From Candidatus Entotheonellaceae bacterium (GTDB lineage Bacteria > Tectomicrobia > Entotheonellia > Entotheonellales > Entotheonellaceae): a stretch of DNA of 64,000 nucleotides. The DNA lies in assembly GCA_965238075.1 (NCBI GenBank), contig OZ250173.1:1-64000 (forward strand), given 5' to 3'. The position numbers and the translations under genes were made by a program. Shown here one piece after another: positions 19,180 to 29,281 of this stretch (positions are counted from its first letter, which is position 1; each line of letters opens with the position of its first letter). The notes beneath the pieces are model-generated. The model was not told the origin of the DNA and searched no databases. It was given only the letters and a program-made list of their open reading frames with translations.

Positions 19180-19866
19180 ATGGTTGAAAGCCCGTTCCGC
19201 GACATCAAGGTGTGTGTGTTCGACGCCTACGGCACCTTGTTCGATTTCAACTCGGCGGCTGAGCGTTGCCGTGACTCCCTCGGCGACAAGACCGATGAGT
19301 TGTCGGCCCTGTGGCGCAGCAAGCAACTGCAATACACCTGGCTGCGGGGCTTGATGGGCAAGCACAAGCCGTTCCGCGAGGTGACGGGCGATGCGCTGGA
19401 TTTCGCTCTGCAAACGCTCGGAGTGGGCGACCCTGCGCTGCGCAATCGATTGATGGAGTTGTATGACCGAATTGAAGCATTTCCCGAGGTGCCGGGGGTG
19501 CTGCGAAGGCTGAAGCAGGCGGGTATCGCCACAGCCATCCTGTCCAACGGTTCGCCGGACATGCTGGATGCGGCGGTGCGACACACGGGAATCGTGGGCG
19601 ATTTGGATGCCGTGTTATCGGTAGAGGCGGTGGGAGTTTACAAGCCGCATCCGTCGGTGTACAAATTGGCCGCGCGGGAATTCGGTGTGCCGCCGTCGGC
19701 GATCAGCTTTCAGTCGTCGAATGCCTGGGACGCGGTGGCGGCGGCGACCTTCGGTATGCGGGTGGTGTGGTGTAACCGTTACGGGCAGCAACGCGAGCGG
19801 CTGACGGCACAGCCGGACGTGGAGGTCAGCACCCTGAGCGCGCTGCCGGAAATCCTCGGTTTTTAG
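19180..19866 (+). CDS. Haloacid dehalogenase type II
   Basis: FDAYGTL, WRSKQLQYTW, SNG, YKP, SSNAWD. Confidence 0.92.
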   Translation: MVESPFRDIKVCVFDAYGTLFDFNSAAERCRDSLGDKTDELSALWRSKQLQYTWLRGLMGKHKPFREVTGDALDFALQTLGVGDPALRNRLMELYDRIEAFPEVPGVLRRLKQAGIATAILSNGSPDMLDAAVRHTGIVGDLDAVLSVEAVGVYKPHPSVYKLAAREFGVPPSAISFQSSNAWDAVAAATFGMRVVWCNRYGQQRERLTAQPDVEVSTLSALPEILGF

Positions 19867-19878
19867 GCCGAAGACCAT

Positions 19879-20397
19879 TCACGTGTTGGAGGGGTTCAGG
19901 AGGTTTCTGACAGTCTCGTAGTCGCGCCGTGCCTCCTCCCGCCGACCCAGGACCCACAGAGCGGTGGCGCGATGGTTGTAGGCGTACCAGTAGTTCGGGT
20001 CGAGGTCGATGGCACGGTTGAAACAGCGGATGGCTTCTTCAAAGGCATTTTGGTCCGACAGTACGAGACCGAGGTTGTTGTAAGCGTCGCGGTAGTCGAT
20101 GTCGAGCACCAGCGCTTGGCGGTAGTCGGCCATGGCGCGCTGCGGGTCCTTGAGGTTGCGGTAGGCGATGCCGCGGTTGTTGTAGGCCACTGCATCGGGC
20201 TGCAGGTGGATGGCCCGGCTGTAGTCGTCGATGGCCGCCTGATAGTCGCCGTGATCCAGGTAAGCGTTGCCGCGCAGGAAATAGGCGCGCCGGTCACCGG
20301 GCTCCTCGCGTAGTCGCGCCGTGAGGTGTTGGATGACTTGTACGTGGTAGTCCCGGTCGCTCATATGACTCAAGTGCGGCCCGTGTTGGTATGCCAC
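19879..20397 (-). CDS. TPR-repeat protein
   Basis: Four TPRs (AYFLRG, AYNNRG, AYNNLG, AYNHRA). Confidence 0.88.
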   Translation of the reverse strand: MAYQHGPHLSHMSDRDYHVQVIQHLTARLREEPGDRRAYFLRGNAYLDHGDYQAAIDDYSRAIHLQPDAVAYNNRGIAYRNLKDPQRAMADYRQALVLDIDYRDAYNNLGLVLSDQNAFEEAIRCFNRAIDLDPNYWYAYNHRATALWVLGRREEARRDYETVRNLLNPSNT

Positions 20398-20592
20398 GAA
20401 GTGCCCCTCGATAGCTGATTTTGGGGCTGATGGACTGTGAGAAAGCCTGAAGGAAGACGCATGCTACTGCAAGGCAGCCGATTGCAAAACCCCCTGCCCC
20501 GCCGTTTTTTGCTACACTTAACACGTCTACGGTATACGTAGGCGCCCGGAGCGGAGATACGTTTAAGCATTTAAGCCCGAGGAAGCCACCTC

Positions 20593-21744
20593 ATGTTCAG
20601 ACGCCAAAAGCTGACCGAAGCCCAAGTGCATGATATTTTGAAGACCGTTACGTATCCAGGTTACAGCCGCGACATCGTCTCCTTTGGAATGGTCAAGAAT
20701 ATCAGCATCGAAGGCAAAAACGTCGGCGTGCTCATCAGGCTGACGGAACATCAACCTCAGATTGCCGACCAAGTTCGCCAATCCGTTTCTGCCGCCCTGC
20801 GCAGCCTGCCGGGCGTGGGCAACTTGCAGGTCGACCTGGAGATGCCGCCGGCGCCCGCCCCCCAGGCGGGACACGAGCACCATGGGCACGACCACCAAGA
20901 TCATGATCATGGCCGCCAAGCGCCGCCGTTTCCCACGAACGAGGCGCAGCCATTGCCGGGTGTGCAGAGCATCGTTGCCGTGGCGAGCGGCAAGGGTGGC
21001 GTGGGCAAGAGCACGGTTGCTACCAATCTGGCCGTGGCGCTTGGTCTGGCGGGATTGCGCATCGGCCTGCTGGACGCCGACATTTACGGGCCGAACATAC
21101 CCCTGCTGATGGGTGTGGACGAAAAGCCCGAAGTCACAGGCGACAACCGCATTGTGCCGTTCTTCAACCACGGCGTCAAAATGCAGTCTCTCGGCTTTTT
21201 CTTGAGCGACAATACGCCGGTCATCTGGCGCGGTCCCATGGTGATGAAGGCCGTGCAGCAGCTTTTGCAGGATACCGATTGGGGAGAACTGGACGTTCTC
21301 GTCATCGACCTACCCCCTGGCACCGGCGACGTGCAACTAACGCTGGTGCAGACGGTGCCGCTCACCGGCGCGGTGCTCGTCACCACGCCGCAGAACTTGG
21401 CGCTATTGGATGTTCAGAAGGGCGCCGAGATGTTCAAGCACGTCAACGCACCTCTGCTGGGCATTGTCGAGAATATGAGCTTCCATCAGTGTCCTGATTG
21501 CGGCACAGAGACGGAGATTTTTCGTCGCGGCGGGGGGCAAAAGGAAAGTGAGCGTCTGGGGATTCCGCTGCTCGGGCGTATTCCGCTCGAATCAGCCGTG
21601 TGCGACGCTGGCGATGCCGGGGTGCCCGTGGTGATTGGCCAACCCGAAGGCCGCGCCGGGCAGGAGTTTCGTCAAATCGCCGCTGCGGTCGTGGACGTGC
21701 TGATGAACAAACCGCAGCGGCCGGCGGTCAAAATTATCAACTGA
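20593..21744 (+). CDS. mrp: Mrp/NBP35 (ApbC) Fe-S cluster carrier ATPase
   Basis: N-terminal DUF59, SGKGGVGKST, DADIYGP, DLPPGTGD, ENMS..CPDC; His-rich linker. Confidence 0.93.
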   Translation: MFRRQKLTEAQVHDILKTVTYPGYSRDIVSFGMVKNISIEGKNVGVLIRLTEHQPQIADQVRQSVSAALRSLPGVGNLQVDLEMPPAPAPQAGHEHHGHDHQDHDHGRQAPPFPTNEAQPLPGVQSIVAVASGKGGVGKSTVATNLAVALGLAGLRIGLLDADIYGPNIPLLMGVDEKPEVTGDNRIVPFFNHGVKMQSLGFFLSDNTPVIWRGPMVMKAVQQLLQDTDWGELDVLVIDLPPGTGDVQLTLVQTVPLTGAVLVTTPQNLALLDVQKGAEMFKHVNAPLLGIVENMSFHQCPDCGTETEIFRRGGGQKESERLGIPLLGRIPLESAVCDAGDAGVPVVIGQPEGRAGQEFRQIAAAVVDVLMNKPQRPAVKIIN

Positions 21745-21800
21745 AGGCCGTCTGCCCTGTTGGCCTAGCTTACCTGAGTCCGGGCCAACAGGGCGGATAT

Positions 21801-23357
21801 TTAATTTTCCACGAAATTACGAAGGTGGTCACTGCGGGTAGGGTGTTTCAGCTTACGCAGTGCCTGAGCTTCGATCTGCCGAATGCGTTCACGCGAGACG
21901 CCAAACATCTGCCCCACCTCTTCCAGCGTGTGCGGCGTTTCATCGCCCAGCCCGAAGCGCATCCGTAAAATGCGTTCCTCCTTCGGACTCAGCGTGTTCA
22001 GCATCTTGTGAATCTTATCCTGCAAATCGTGGTTGATGACCGCCTCAAGAGGTGAAGGCGAGTTCTTGTCCTCGATCAACGAGCCCAGTTCGGTATCGCC
22101 GTCGCCGATGTGGTTCTCCAGCGAGATCGTGCGTTTGGCGACCTTCAGGCTACTCTTGACCTTTTCGACCTGCAGGCCGGTGTCCTGGGCAATCTCCTCG
22201 GGCATCGGCTTGCGGCCCAGTGCGACGGTTAGGGCCTGCGTTGAGCGCATGACCTTGTTGAGCATCTCGATCATGTGAACAGGTATACGAATCGTCTTGC
22301 CCTGCTCGGCAATCGCCCGTGTGATTGCCTGGCGAATCCACCAGCTCGCGTAGGTGCTGAACTTAAAGCCGCGGTGGTAATCGAACTTGTCCACCGCCCT
22401 CATCAAGCCAATGTTGCCCTCTTGGATGAGATCAAGGAACGACAAACCGCGATTGATGTACTTCTTGGCGATACTGACCACCAAGCGCAGATTCGCCTCC
22501 ACCATTCCCCGTTTGGCTTGCTTGAGACGCTCCTCAATAGAGTCCAGTTCTTCGACGAAATGATGCAGAACATCGTATTCCGCCAGTGATTCGGACGTCT
22601 CATCAGTAGTCTGGCGCGCGTCAAGCGTGTTCTGTCTGAAGGTGTTTAGCGCTTGGTAGTGCTGCTTGGCATTTTCCACCGCCTCCTGCAGCAGCGAAGT
22701 CTTGAAGTGCAGGCTTTGCAAGCGCTGCAGAACGTCCTCGGTTGCTACCGGAGTAGCCACTTCGCATACCGCCGTTGCCGGGGTGGATGCCCCTACCGGC
22801 TCGCAGGGGTCGCATGACGCCAAGGTCGCGCGTACTTCTTCCAGATGGTCACTGGCGGGATATTCCGTGTCGTCAGGAAATTGGCAGACGTCCTCCAGGG
22901 CCAACTCACCGTCTTGCAAACGGGTCAGGAGCTTATGGGCGATGAATGGCGTCCCGAGGGCGTGCAACAGCCGATCCTTTTCGGCCTGCTCGATGCGCTT
23001 GGCGATTTCCACCTCGCCCTTGCGGTCAAGCAGAGGCACCGTGCGAATCTCCTGAAAATAAACCAGCACGGGCTCGTCGGTCCGCTCCTCATAGTTTGGC
23101 TCGGGCCCGGAGGGCTGCTCGCTCACCGGGGTTCCGGCGCTGCTGCTCACCGGCTCGTCGATGGTATAACTTTCCGGTGCGGTCGTCTCGGTGTCCAGGT
23201 CCTTCTGTTCGAACAAGGCGAACAGGTCTTCCGCCTCGTCCGTATCCTCAGGCGTGTCTGATATTTCCAGGTCCACCATTGGCAGGTCTGCCGGTAATGA
23301 ACTGTCCTGGAACTCAGGCGCCGTCTTCACCTTTGCAGTCCTTGAACGTTGCTTCAT
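21801..23357 (-). CDS. rpoD: RNA polymerase sigma-70 factor, RpoD/SigA family
   Basis: [52 protein letters not shown]; may be a paralog of the primary sigma. Confidence 0.85.
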   Translation of the reverse strand: MKQRSRTAKVKTAPEFQDSSLPADLPMVDLEISDTPEDTDEAEDLFALFEQKDLDTETTAPESYTIDEPVSSSAGTPVSEQPSGPEPNYEERTDEPVLVYFQEIRTVPLLDRKGEVEIAKRIEQAEKDRLLHALGTPFIAHKLLTRLQDGELALEDVCQFPDDTEYPASDHLEEVRATLASCDPCEPVGASTPATAVCEVATPVATEDVLQRLQSLHFKTSLLQEAVENAKQHYQALNTFRQNTLDARQTTDETSESLAEYDVLHHFVEELDSIEERLKQAKRGMVEANLRLVVSIAKKYINRGLSFLDLIQEGNIGLMRAVDKFDYHRGFKFSTYASWWIRQAITRAIAEQGKTIRIPVHMIEMLNKVMRSTQALTVALGRKPMPEEIAQDTGLQVEKVKSSLKVAKRTISLENHIGDGDTELGSLIEDKNSPSPLEAVINHDLQDKIHKMLNTLSPKEERILRMRFGLGDETPHTLEEVGQMFGVSRERIRQIEAQALRKLKHPTRSDHLRNFVEN

Positions 23358-23633
23358 CGGGTACTCCGTTGTTCACCAAGTCGTGGAACTTGGCCATTGT
23401 TGTGACTCGTAGCTTGCTGCTACGCACAAAATCGTAAAGGCATACGGGGGACAACAGCTTTACAACCCTGCCGAATTCCGCTAGATTCCGCCCACGAAGG
23501 AAACAAATAACCTCTTCTTTTCTTTCCCTCCGCCTGCAAAAAACTGGCTGTAAAGTCCTGTGATGTGTTGAGAATTGCTACTGGTACGGTTGGATTTGTG
23601 TGTGATGAAAACATCCGGTAGGAGTACAGCAGT

Positions 23634-23662
23634 AATATATATCCGAAGCCGTTTTTTGTCAA
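23634..23662 (-). promoter_or_regulatory. sigma70 promoter upstream of the rpoD-like gene
   Basis: TTGACA-17 bp-TATATT on the minus strand, about 270 nt before the start. Confidence 0.6.
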
Positions 23663-23755
23663 CGTCCGGCACACAAGATGTCACCTGTGCCTTGGGACAC
23701 GATTGACATCCTCTCACCACCTCCTGCCCGTTAACCAGAAAGAATTGGAGAAGTC

Positions 23756-24955
23756 ATGGCTGGTCCCTTGGAAGGACTGAAGGTCCTCGAGCTCCTCCGC
23801 GTGCCCCCTGGCGCGTTTTGCACCATGATGCTCGCCGACATGGGCGCCGAAGTGGTGAAGATCGAAACGCCGGTGGCGGCGACACCGGAGCAGATGGCAC
23901 AAGCTGAACGGCGAGCGGCTTTTGAGTTTGTTAATCGTAACAAGCGCAGTATCGCCATCAATCTGAAGCAACCAGACGGTCAGCAGTTGCTGCATCAACT
24001 CGCAGCCGACGCCGACGTGCTGGTCGAAGGCTTCCGGCCTGGCGTCATGGCGCGCCTTGGCGGCGACTACGAAACGTTGAAGCGCGTCAACCCGCGCCTT
24101 ATATACTGCTCGCTCAGCGGCTACGGACAGGACGGCCCGCACCGCGACCAGCCGGCACACGACATCAATTTCCTATCCATCGCCGGAGTACTCAACCTGA
24201 TCGGTGAACTCGACCGGCCGCCAGCGATTCCGCTCAACCTCATCGCCGATTACGCTGGTGCTTCCTTGCACGGCGTCGTGGGCATTCTCCTCGCCCTGCT
24301 GGCGCGGCAGCACACCGGGCGCGGGCAACTTGTCGATGTGTCGTACCTGGACACGTCGCTCGCCCTGCTGGCGGCCACCCCGATGATGCAGGACTTCCTT
24401 CTTAACGGCGCTGATAGCCGCCGCGGCACTGGCCTGGTGGGAGGCTCGTATCCGCATTACACTACGTACGAAACTGCCGACGGCAAGGCGCTGGCGGTTG
24501 GTTGCACGGATGCGGAGCAATGGGACGCCTTCTGCAAGGTGATCGGGCTGGGGGGTTCGGCCGAAACCGGTCCCGACGGGGCGTGTCCGGACCGTGCCGC
24601 CGATGGCGCGACGCAAGCCGCGAGGGCAGTCGTGCAAGCGGTTCTGAGACGAAAGACGAGGGATGAGTGGTTTGCGATTTTTCGGGACAAGCAGGTGAGC
24701 GCTGCGCCGCTGTACGCAGTGGACGAGGCGTTTGACGATCCGCAGGTCCTGGCTCGGCGGATGGCGGTCAATGTGGTCCACCCGCGTCACGGGTCGGTGC
24801 GCCAAGCCGGCATTGCCATCAAATTGTCTGACACATCGGGCAGTATTCGCGGCGCCGGGCCGGCGTTAGGCGAGCACACCGATGAAGTTTTGCGGGTGCT
24901 GGGGTATGACGAAACCAAGCGGGTAGAATTGCGCCAGGCCGGCACGGTGGCCTGA
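23756..24955 (+). CDS. CaiB/BaiF CoA-transferase family III
   Basis: LADMGAEVVKIE, NRNKRS, EGFRPG, SGYGQDGP, IADYAGA, LGEHT. Confidence 0.92.
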   Translation: MAGPLEGLKVLELLRVPPGAFCTMMLADMGAEVVKIETPVAATPEQMAQAERRAAFEFVNRNKRSIAINLKQPDGQQLLHQLAADADVLVEGFRPGVMARLGGDYETLKRVNPRLIYCSLSGYGQDGPHRDQPAHDINFLSIAGVLNLIGELDRPPAIPLNLIADYAGASLHGVVGILLALLARQHTGRGQLVDVSYLDTSLALLAATPMMQDFLLNGADSRRGTGLVGGSYPHYTTYETADGKALAVGCTDAEQWDAFCKVIGLGGSAETGPDGACPDRAADGATQAARAVVQAVLRRKTRDEWFAIFRDKQVSAAPLYAVDEAFDDPQVLARRMAVNVVHPRHGSVRQAGIAIKLSDTSGSIRGAGPALGEHTDEVLRVLGYDETKRVELRQAGTVA

Positions 24956-24984
24956 TGCACAGCGAATTCGCAGGAGGAGCAGGG

Positions 24985-25335
24985 ATGAAAATTCACCGAC
25001 TGTACGAGGATGAGAACGGTATCTCGCACTTTGAGGACGTTGACATCGAATACGTAGAGACGACCCACGCGGGACGGCTGTCGCGGCGCCTGCCGGCGAC
25101 GGGCATTATCTTTCGGGAAGTTCCGCCGGATTATGATCTCGACTGGCACCCGGCGCCGCGCCGCCAGTACATCATCAACCTCGACAACGGGGTGCAAATC
25201 ACCGCCAGCGACGGCGAGGCCCGCACGATTGCAGCGGGCGAGGTGGTTCTCGTCGAGGACACCACGGGCAAAGGGCATCTGAGCAAGGCGATCAATGATC
25301 GTATACGCCATTGCATCTTTGTGGCGTTGGATTGA
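24985..25335 (+). CDS. Small cupin-like protein
   Basis: DENGISHF, WHPAPRRQ, EDTTGKGH; GGAGG RBS before ATG 24985. Confidence 0.8.
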   Translation: MKIHRLYEDENGISHFEDVDIEYVETTHAGRLSRRLPATGIIFREVPPDYDLDWHPAPRRQYIINLDNGVQITASDGEARTIAAGEVVLVEDTTGKGHLSKAINDRIRHCIFVALD

Positions 25336-26029
25336 GGGCGGCCTGTAGCCTCGCTCGGCGGCGGTTCAATATGGCGTACCCGCCCAGGCATAACAGCAGG
25401 GCCGCCAGCGCCATGAGGACGAGCATCCGCCAGTCGCTCAAATGGGCGCCGAACGTTACCATCAAGATCGTTGCAGGGATGATGCCGACGGCCGTGGTCC
25501 AGCTAAACCGCCACCAGCTAATGGTGGTCAGGCCGAGGGCGAAATTGATCAGGTTGAAGGAGATAACTGGCAGGAGGCGCACGGCGAGCAGGATAGGTAT
25601 GTCGATTTGCTGCAACCAATGCTGCGAGCGTTCAAGCCTGGCAGGGCTGACCAGCAGGCGCAGCACAGGCTGCCCGAAGGAACGGGCCAGCAGGAAACCC
25701 AGGTATGCACCCAGCAGGGCGCCGACCCAAATGGTGACAAACCCCCACAGCGGCCCAAGCGCCATGCCCGCCGCCAAAGCCAGGAACTCGGCCGGCACGG
25801 GCACCAGGGTGTGCAAGATCATCAGTCCGATTATGACAAGAGGCAGCCAAACAGGAGTGGAAGCGAGAAGGCGTTGCACGCCTTCGGTGTTGGGATTGGT
25901 GACCAGCGCCCAAAGCGTCTCCCGCAGCGGTGCCGATAACCCAACCCATAAGAGCAGCCCCAGTAGTCCTAAAACCACGCCCAGGCGCATCGCCTGCCCG
26001 AGCAGGACTGGCAGCGGCGGTTTCTGCAT
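25292..26029 (-). CDS. TVP38/TMEM64 (VTT/DedA-like) membrane protein
   Basis: PVPAE..ALAAG, RLLPVISFNLINFALG; start ATG 26029; 3' end overlaps the convergent cupin gene. Confidence 0.85.
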   Translation of the reverse strand: MQKPPLPVLLGQAMRLGVVLGLLGLLLWVGLSAPLRETLWALVTNPNTEGVQRLLASTPVWLPLVIIGLMILHTLVPVPAEFLALAAGMALGPLWGFVTIWVGALLGAYLGFLLARSFGQPVLRLLVSPARLERSQHWLQQIDIPILLAVRLLPVISFNLINFALGLTTISWWRFSWTTAVGIIPATILMVTFGAHLSDWRMLVLMALAALLLCLGGYAILNRRRARLQAALNPTPQRCNGVYDH

Positions 26030-26081
26030 TGTCCTGCGGCTCCTTCTTGTCCCGGCATCAGCGGACCGTATCAACGAAAGG

Positions 26082-26825
26082 TCACCAAACGTTTTGCGGT
26101 AGAGGTAACCCGGCAAAATCTTTGGCCGCCAGCGGCGCTTCGGGTGTTACGCCCATCTGGTCGAGCAGATCGTATAGCTGCCGCAGATGCTGCGCCGTGT
26201 GCCAAACGGTGCGCTGAAAGAACGCCGCTGCCTGCTGTGGGCCGTAATAGGTTTCCACTGTACCATCGAACGCCTCGGGCCGACCCCACCAATCGTGCAA
26301 ACGGTGGCGCACTCCCTCGCCGTACTGCGCAATGGCTGCCATGTCGGGCATATCTGGCGGCGGTTGCTCCTCAAACCAGGCTTCCGGGAGATGGCCCTGC
26401 TCCATGGCGTCGCGGTACGCCTGACCGACCCGGAACAGGTGGTAGGCGAGTTGATACACTGAGCGGTCGCGCCCCGGCGTCCGCATGTACATATGCTGGG
26501 CCGGAACCTGCATGATGGCCCGTTGCGCGGCCTGCAGAATCGTGTTGAGGCGCGTCTGCAGTTCCGGCAGTGGCAACGCCAAGCCATCGTCGTAGGTCAC
26601 CCCAACCAAATCTGCCACCGCCGCCGGATTCCATCCGTGCACCGCGCGGTCTCTAACGATTACCGCAGGCACCCGCGTGATCCCATGCCCGTGCAGCGTA
26701 TCCATGGCGTCCGGCTGCGCCTCGACATCAATCGCCTCGAAATCGACCTTCCACGAAGCAAGCAACTCTTCCAGAGCGCGGCATGAACTTCAACCCACCC
26801 GCTTATAAAGCCTCACGGTTTCCAC
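26082..26825 (-). CDS. Selenoprotein: glutaredoxin-like (UxxC) domain fused to a DinB-like domain
   Basis: GTG 26825 with GGAGA RBS gives METVRLYKRVG-U(TGA 26792-26790)-SSCRALEELL, in frame with the 227-aa ORF; Grx motifs IDVE, VPAV, GWNP; DinB motifs QLAYH, HTAQH. Confidence 0.82.
26762..26779 (-). promoter_or_regulatory. Candidate bacterial SECIS hairpin
   Basis: GCGCUCU-GGA-AGAGUUGC stem with a bulged U; G-containing loop begins 17 nt after the UGA. Confidence 0.55.
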
Positions 26826-27084
26826 AGGTATCTCCAGTTTGATTGACACTTGACCAGCGCACAATTTCATTAAAGCAGAGGCATTAAAGCTGATTCCCGT
26901 ACGCAAAGCAAAAGGGATGCGTCTTCCAGAGGCCCAAGTGTGAGGAGAATGACTGACTCGGTACACCGATTCTGGTGGGTGGGAGCGGGCGGGAAGCGGT
27001 TAAAACGCGGCACGACGGTTGGTGGAATTACGTAGAACGAATCTTTTTCCGTGGTATGACCCGGCCTCATACATACGCCAAGGG

Positions 27085-27657
27085 CTATGCGTGTCGCCAA
27101 CTGCGCACGGGTCCTGTGTCAATGTGAACGTATTTGGAGCGCGGGTAGTAACCAACACCACCCTGCTTAAGGCTCAGAGCCACACGGCGAACGGACTTGG
27201 CGCTGTGTCCGGGAATGCGAATGTCTACCGCCTTGCCCTTGACGTGGAAACTGCCCTTGGCGGCCGCCGAATTACGGCGTCGGAGCCGATCGTTGGTGGC
27301 CGGTGAGCGGTAGCCGGATATAATGTTGATCGTCCCCTGGGCCTCGAGTTTCCTGACAATGTCGTGGATGAGGTTAAACAATCCGGGATCGATTTCAGTC
27401 ACCTTGCCGTTATGAGGGTCCCGCAGAAAATGGTTGAGCGCTTTCAACGCATCGGGCACATACTCGCCTTTCACCCAATACGCCACCTTGATGCTTTCGC
27501 CAGTCAATGCGTTGTGTAATTTCAGGGATCGATTGATGTGATGCGGCCACCCCAGGGATGGAGAGAGACTCGTCGCAATAAACAGAGTACCCATGCGGAG
27601 GACTTGGCGGCGGCTCAGTCCATCCGTGTGCGCCGACTGGATGATGGGGCGTGTCAT
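27085..27657 (-). CDS. YcbK/DUF882 (MepK-like) peptidase M15 with Tat signal
   Basis: SRRQVL Tat motif, SGYRSPATN, SFHVKGKAVD, GGVGYYP..YVHIDTG. Confidence 0.9.
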   Translation of the reverse strand: MTRPIIQSAHTDGLSRRQVLRMGTLFIATSLSPSLGWPHHINRSLKLHNALTGESIKVAYWVKGEYVPDALKALNHFLRDPHNGKVTEIDPGLFNLIHDIVRKLEAQGTINIISGYRSPATNDRLRRRNSAAAKGSFHVKGKAVDIRIPGHSAKSVRRVALSLKQGGVGYYPRSKYVHIDTGPVRSWRHA

Positions 27658-27687
27658 CGGACCTCCTTGATTTCGCCGGGTTTTCCG

Positions 27688-27737
27688 AAGGTCGCAGCCA
27701 TTCTGTGAAAGTAAGGTCGCAGCCATTCTGTGAAAGT
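27688..27737. repeat. Perfect tandem 25-bp duplication
   Basis: aaggtcgcagccattctgtgaaagt x2. Confidence 0.9.
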
Positions 27738-27953
27738 TATGAGTAAGGCCCGGAAACTGACCAAAGCATCCCAATGATTTGAAGGGGGCTTACCTTACCA
27801 GCCAAAATGGGAATGTCAAGCACCCCTTCCAACTTGAGCCCCATTGCCGCATCCGCTATTGTTTCCGCATCGAAACAACTGGGCTGGACGGGTCGCAACG
27901 CCCATGAATTGTGCCCTCAGTCCGTCATGCGCTACCACCCAAGAGGAGCCGAC

Positions 27954-29219
27954 ATGGCAATACCAGCATCTGACGTTAAAGACCTCTCCCTGGCCGACCG
28001 GGGACGCCGGCGCATCGAATGGGCGCTTCAAGAAATGCCCGTGCTGCGTCATTTGATGACGCAGTTCAACGCCGAACGTCCGCTTGAGGGCGTGCGCATG
28101 AGTGGATGCCTGCACATCACCACCGAGACGGCCAATCTGGCCCGTGCGCTCATCGCAGGAGGGGCGAAGCTGGTGTTGACGGCCAGTAACCCGCTCAGCA
28201 CCCAGGACGACGTGGCGGCGGCGCTCGTGCAGCACTACGACGTCCCGACGTTTGCCATCAAGGGCGAAAGCAACGAGGTGTACTATCAGCATTTGCATGC
28301 CGCCCTGGATCACCATCCACAACTCACCATGGACGACGGCGCCGACCTGGTCAGCGTGGTGCACAAGGACCGCCGCGAATTGCTGCCGAACGTGATCGGC
28401 GGCACAGAAGAAACCACCACCGGCGTCATTCGGTTGCGGGCGATGGCGGAAGACGGCGCGCTGCAGTTCCCGGTCATTTCCGTAAACGACGCCATGACAA
28501 AGCACTTGTTCGACAACCGCTACGGCACCGGCCAGAGCACCCTGGACGGCTTGGTACGTTCCACCAACATCCTGCTGGCGGGCAAAACGTTCACGGTAGC
28601 CGGTTACGGCTGGTGCGGCAGGGGTATCGCCATGCGCGCCCGCGGCGCCGGTGCTAACGTCATCGTCACCGAGGTGGATTCCCTACGCGCTCTGGAGGCG
28701 ATGATGGACGGTTACCGGGTCATGCCGATGGTCGATGCCGCCGGGCAATCCGATTTCATCGTTTCGGCCACGGGTGACAAGCACGTCATCGATGAGGCGC
28801 ACTTTCGGGTGATGAAGGACGGTTGCGTGATCGCCAACTCCGGCCATTTCAACGTGGAAATCAACATCCCGGCCCTGGAGGCCTTGGCGGTGGCGACCCG
28901 ACAGCCGAGAGATTTCGTCGACGAATACGAACTCGCCGACGGCCGCCGTCTGCGTCTGATAGCGGAAGGACGGTTGGTCAACCTGGCTGCCGCGGAAGGG
29001 CATCCGGCAGCGGTGATGGACATGAGTTTCGCCAACCAGGCCCTCGGCGCCAAGTACATCTACACCCATCACGGGGAGTTGGAAAAGAAGGTGTACCCGG
29101 TGCCGCGCGACATCGATCTGGAAATCGCTCGCTTCAAGCTCGCTGCCATGGGCGTCAAGCTCGACGCGTTGTCCGAGGAGCAGGAAGCGTATCTGTCGTC
29201 GTGGCAGGAAGGCACGTAG
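27954..29219 (+). CDS. ahcY: Adenosylhomocysteinase
   Basis: [50 protein letters not shown]; start ATG 27954. Confidence 0.96.
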   Translation: MAIPASDVKDLSLADRGRRRIEWALQEMPVLRHLMTQFNAERPLEGVRMSGCLHITTETANLARALIAGGAKLVLTASNPLSTQDDVAAALVQHYDVPTFAIKGESNEVYYQHLHAALDHHPQLTMDDGADLVSVVHKDRRELLPNVIGGTEETTTGVIRLRAMAEDGALQFPVISVNDAMTKHLFDNRYGTGQSTLDGLVRSTNILLAGKTFTVAGYGWCGRGIAMRARGAGANVIVTEVDSLRALEAMMDGYRVMPMVDAAGQSDFIVSATGDKHVIDEAHFRVMKDGCVIANSGHFNVEINIPALEALAVATRQPRDFVDEYELADGRRLRLIAEGRLVNLAAAEGHPAAVMDMSFANQALGAKYIYTHHGELEKKVYPVPRDIDLEIARFKLAAMGVKLDALSEEQEAYLSSWQEGT

Positions 29220-29281
29220 CCCATCCCCACTATCTCGCCCGCCTCGCGGCACGGCCCTTGCCTCGCGCCGCGAATCACATA

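Noticed and set aside
26868-26890. CATTAAAGC direct repeat upstream of the selenoprotein
   Set aside because: Only two 9-bp copies; cannot be separated from chance without comparative data.
26949-27035. Small ORF MTDSVHRFWWVG... after AGGAG
   Set aside because: RBS is too close to the ATG and there is no recognisable homology.
27688-27737. CRISPR array
   Set aside because: Two adjacent copies with no spacer and no cas genes.
27807-27953. Possible SAH/SAM riboswitch upstream of ahcY
   Set aside because: Some pairing potential, but I could not find the conserved riboswitch core; an Infernal/Rfam scan would be needed.
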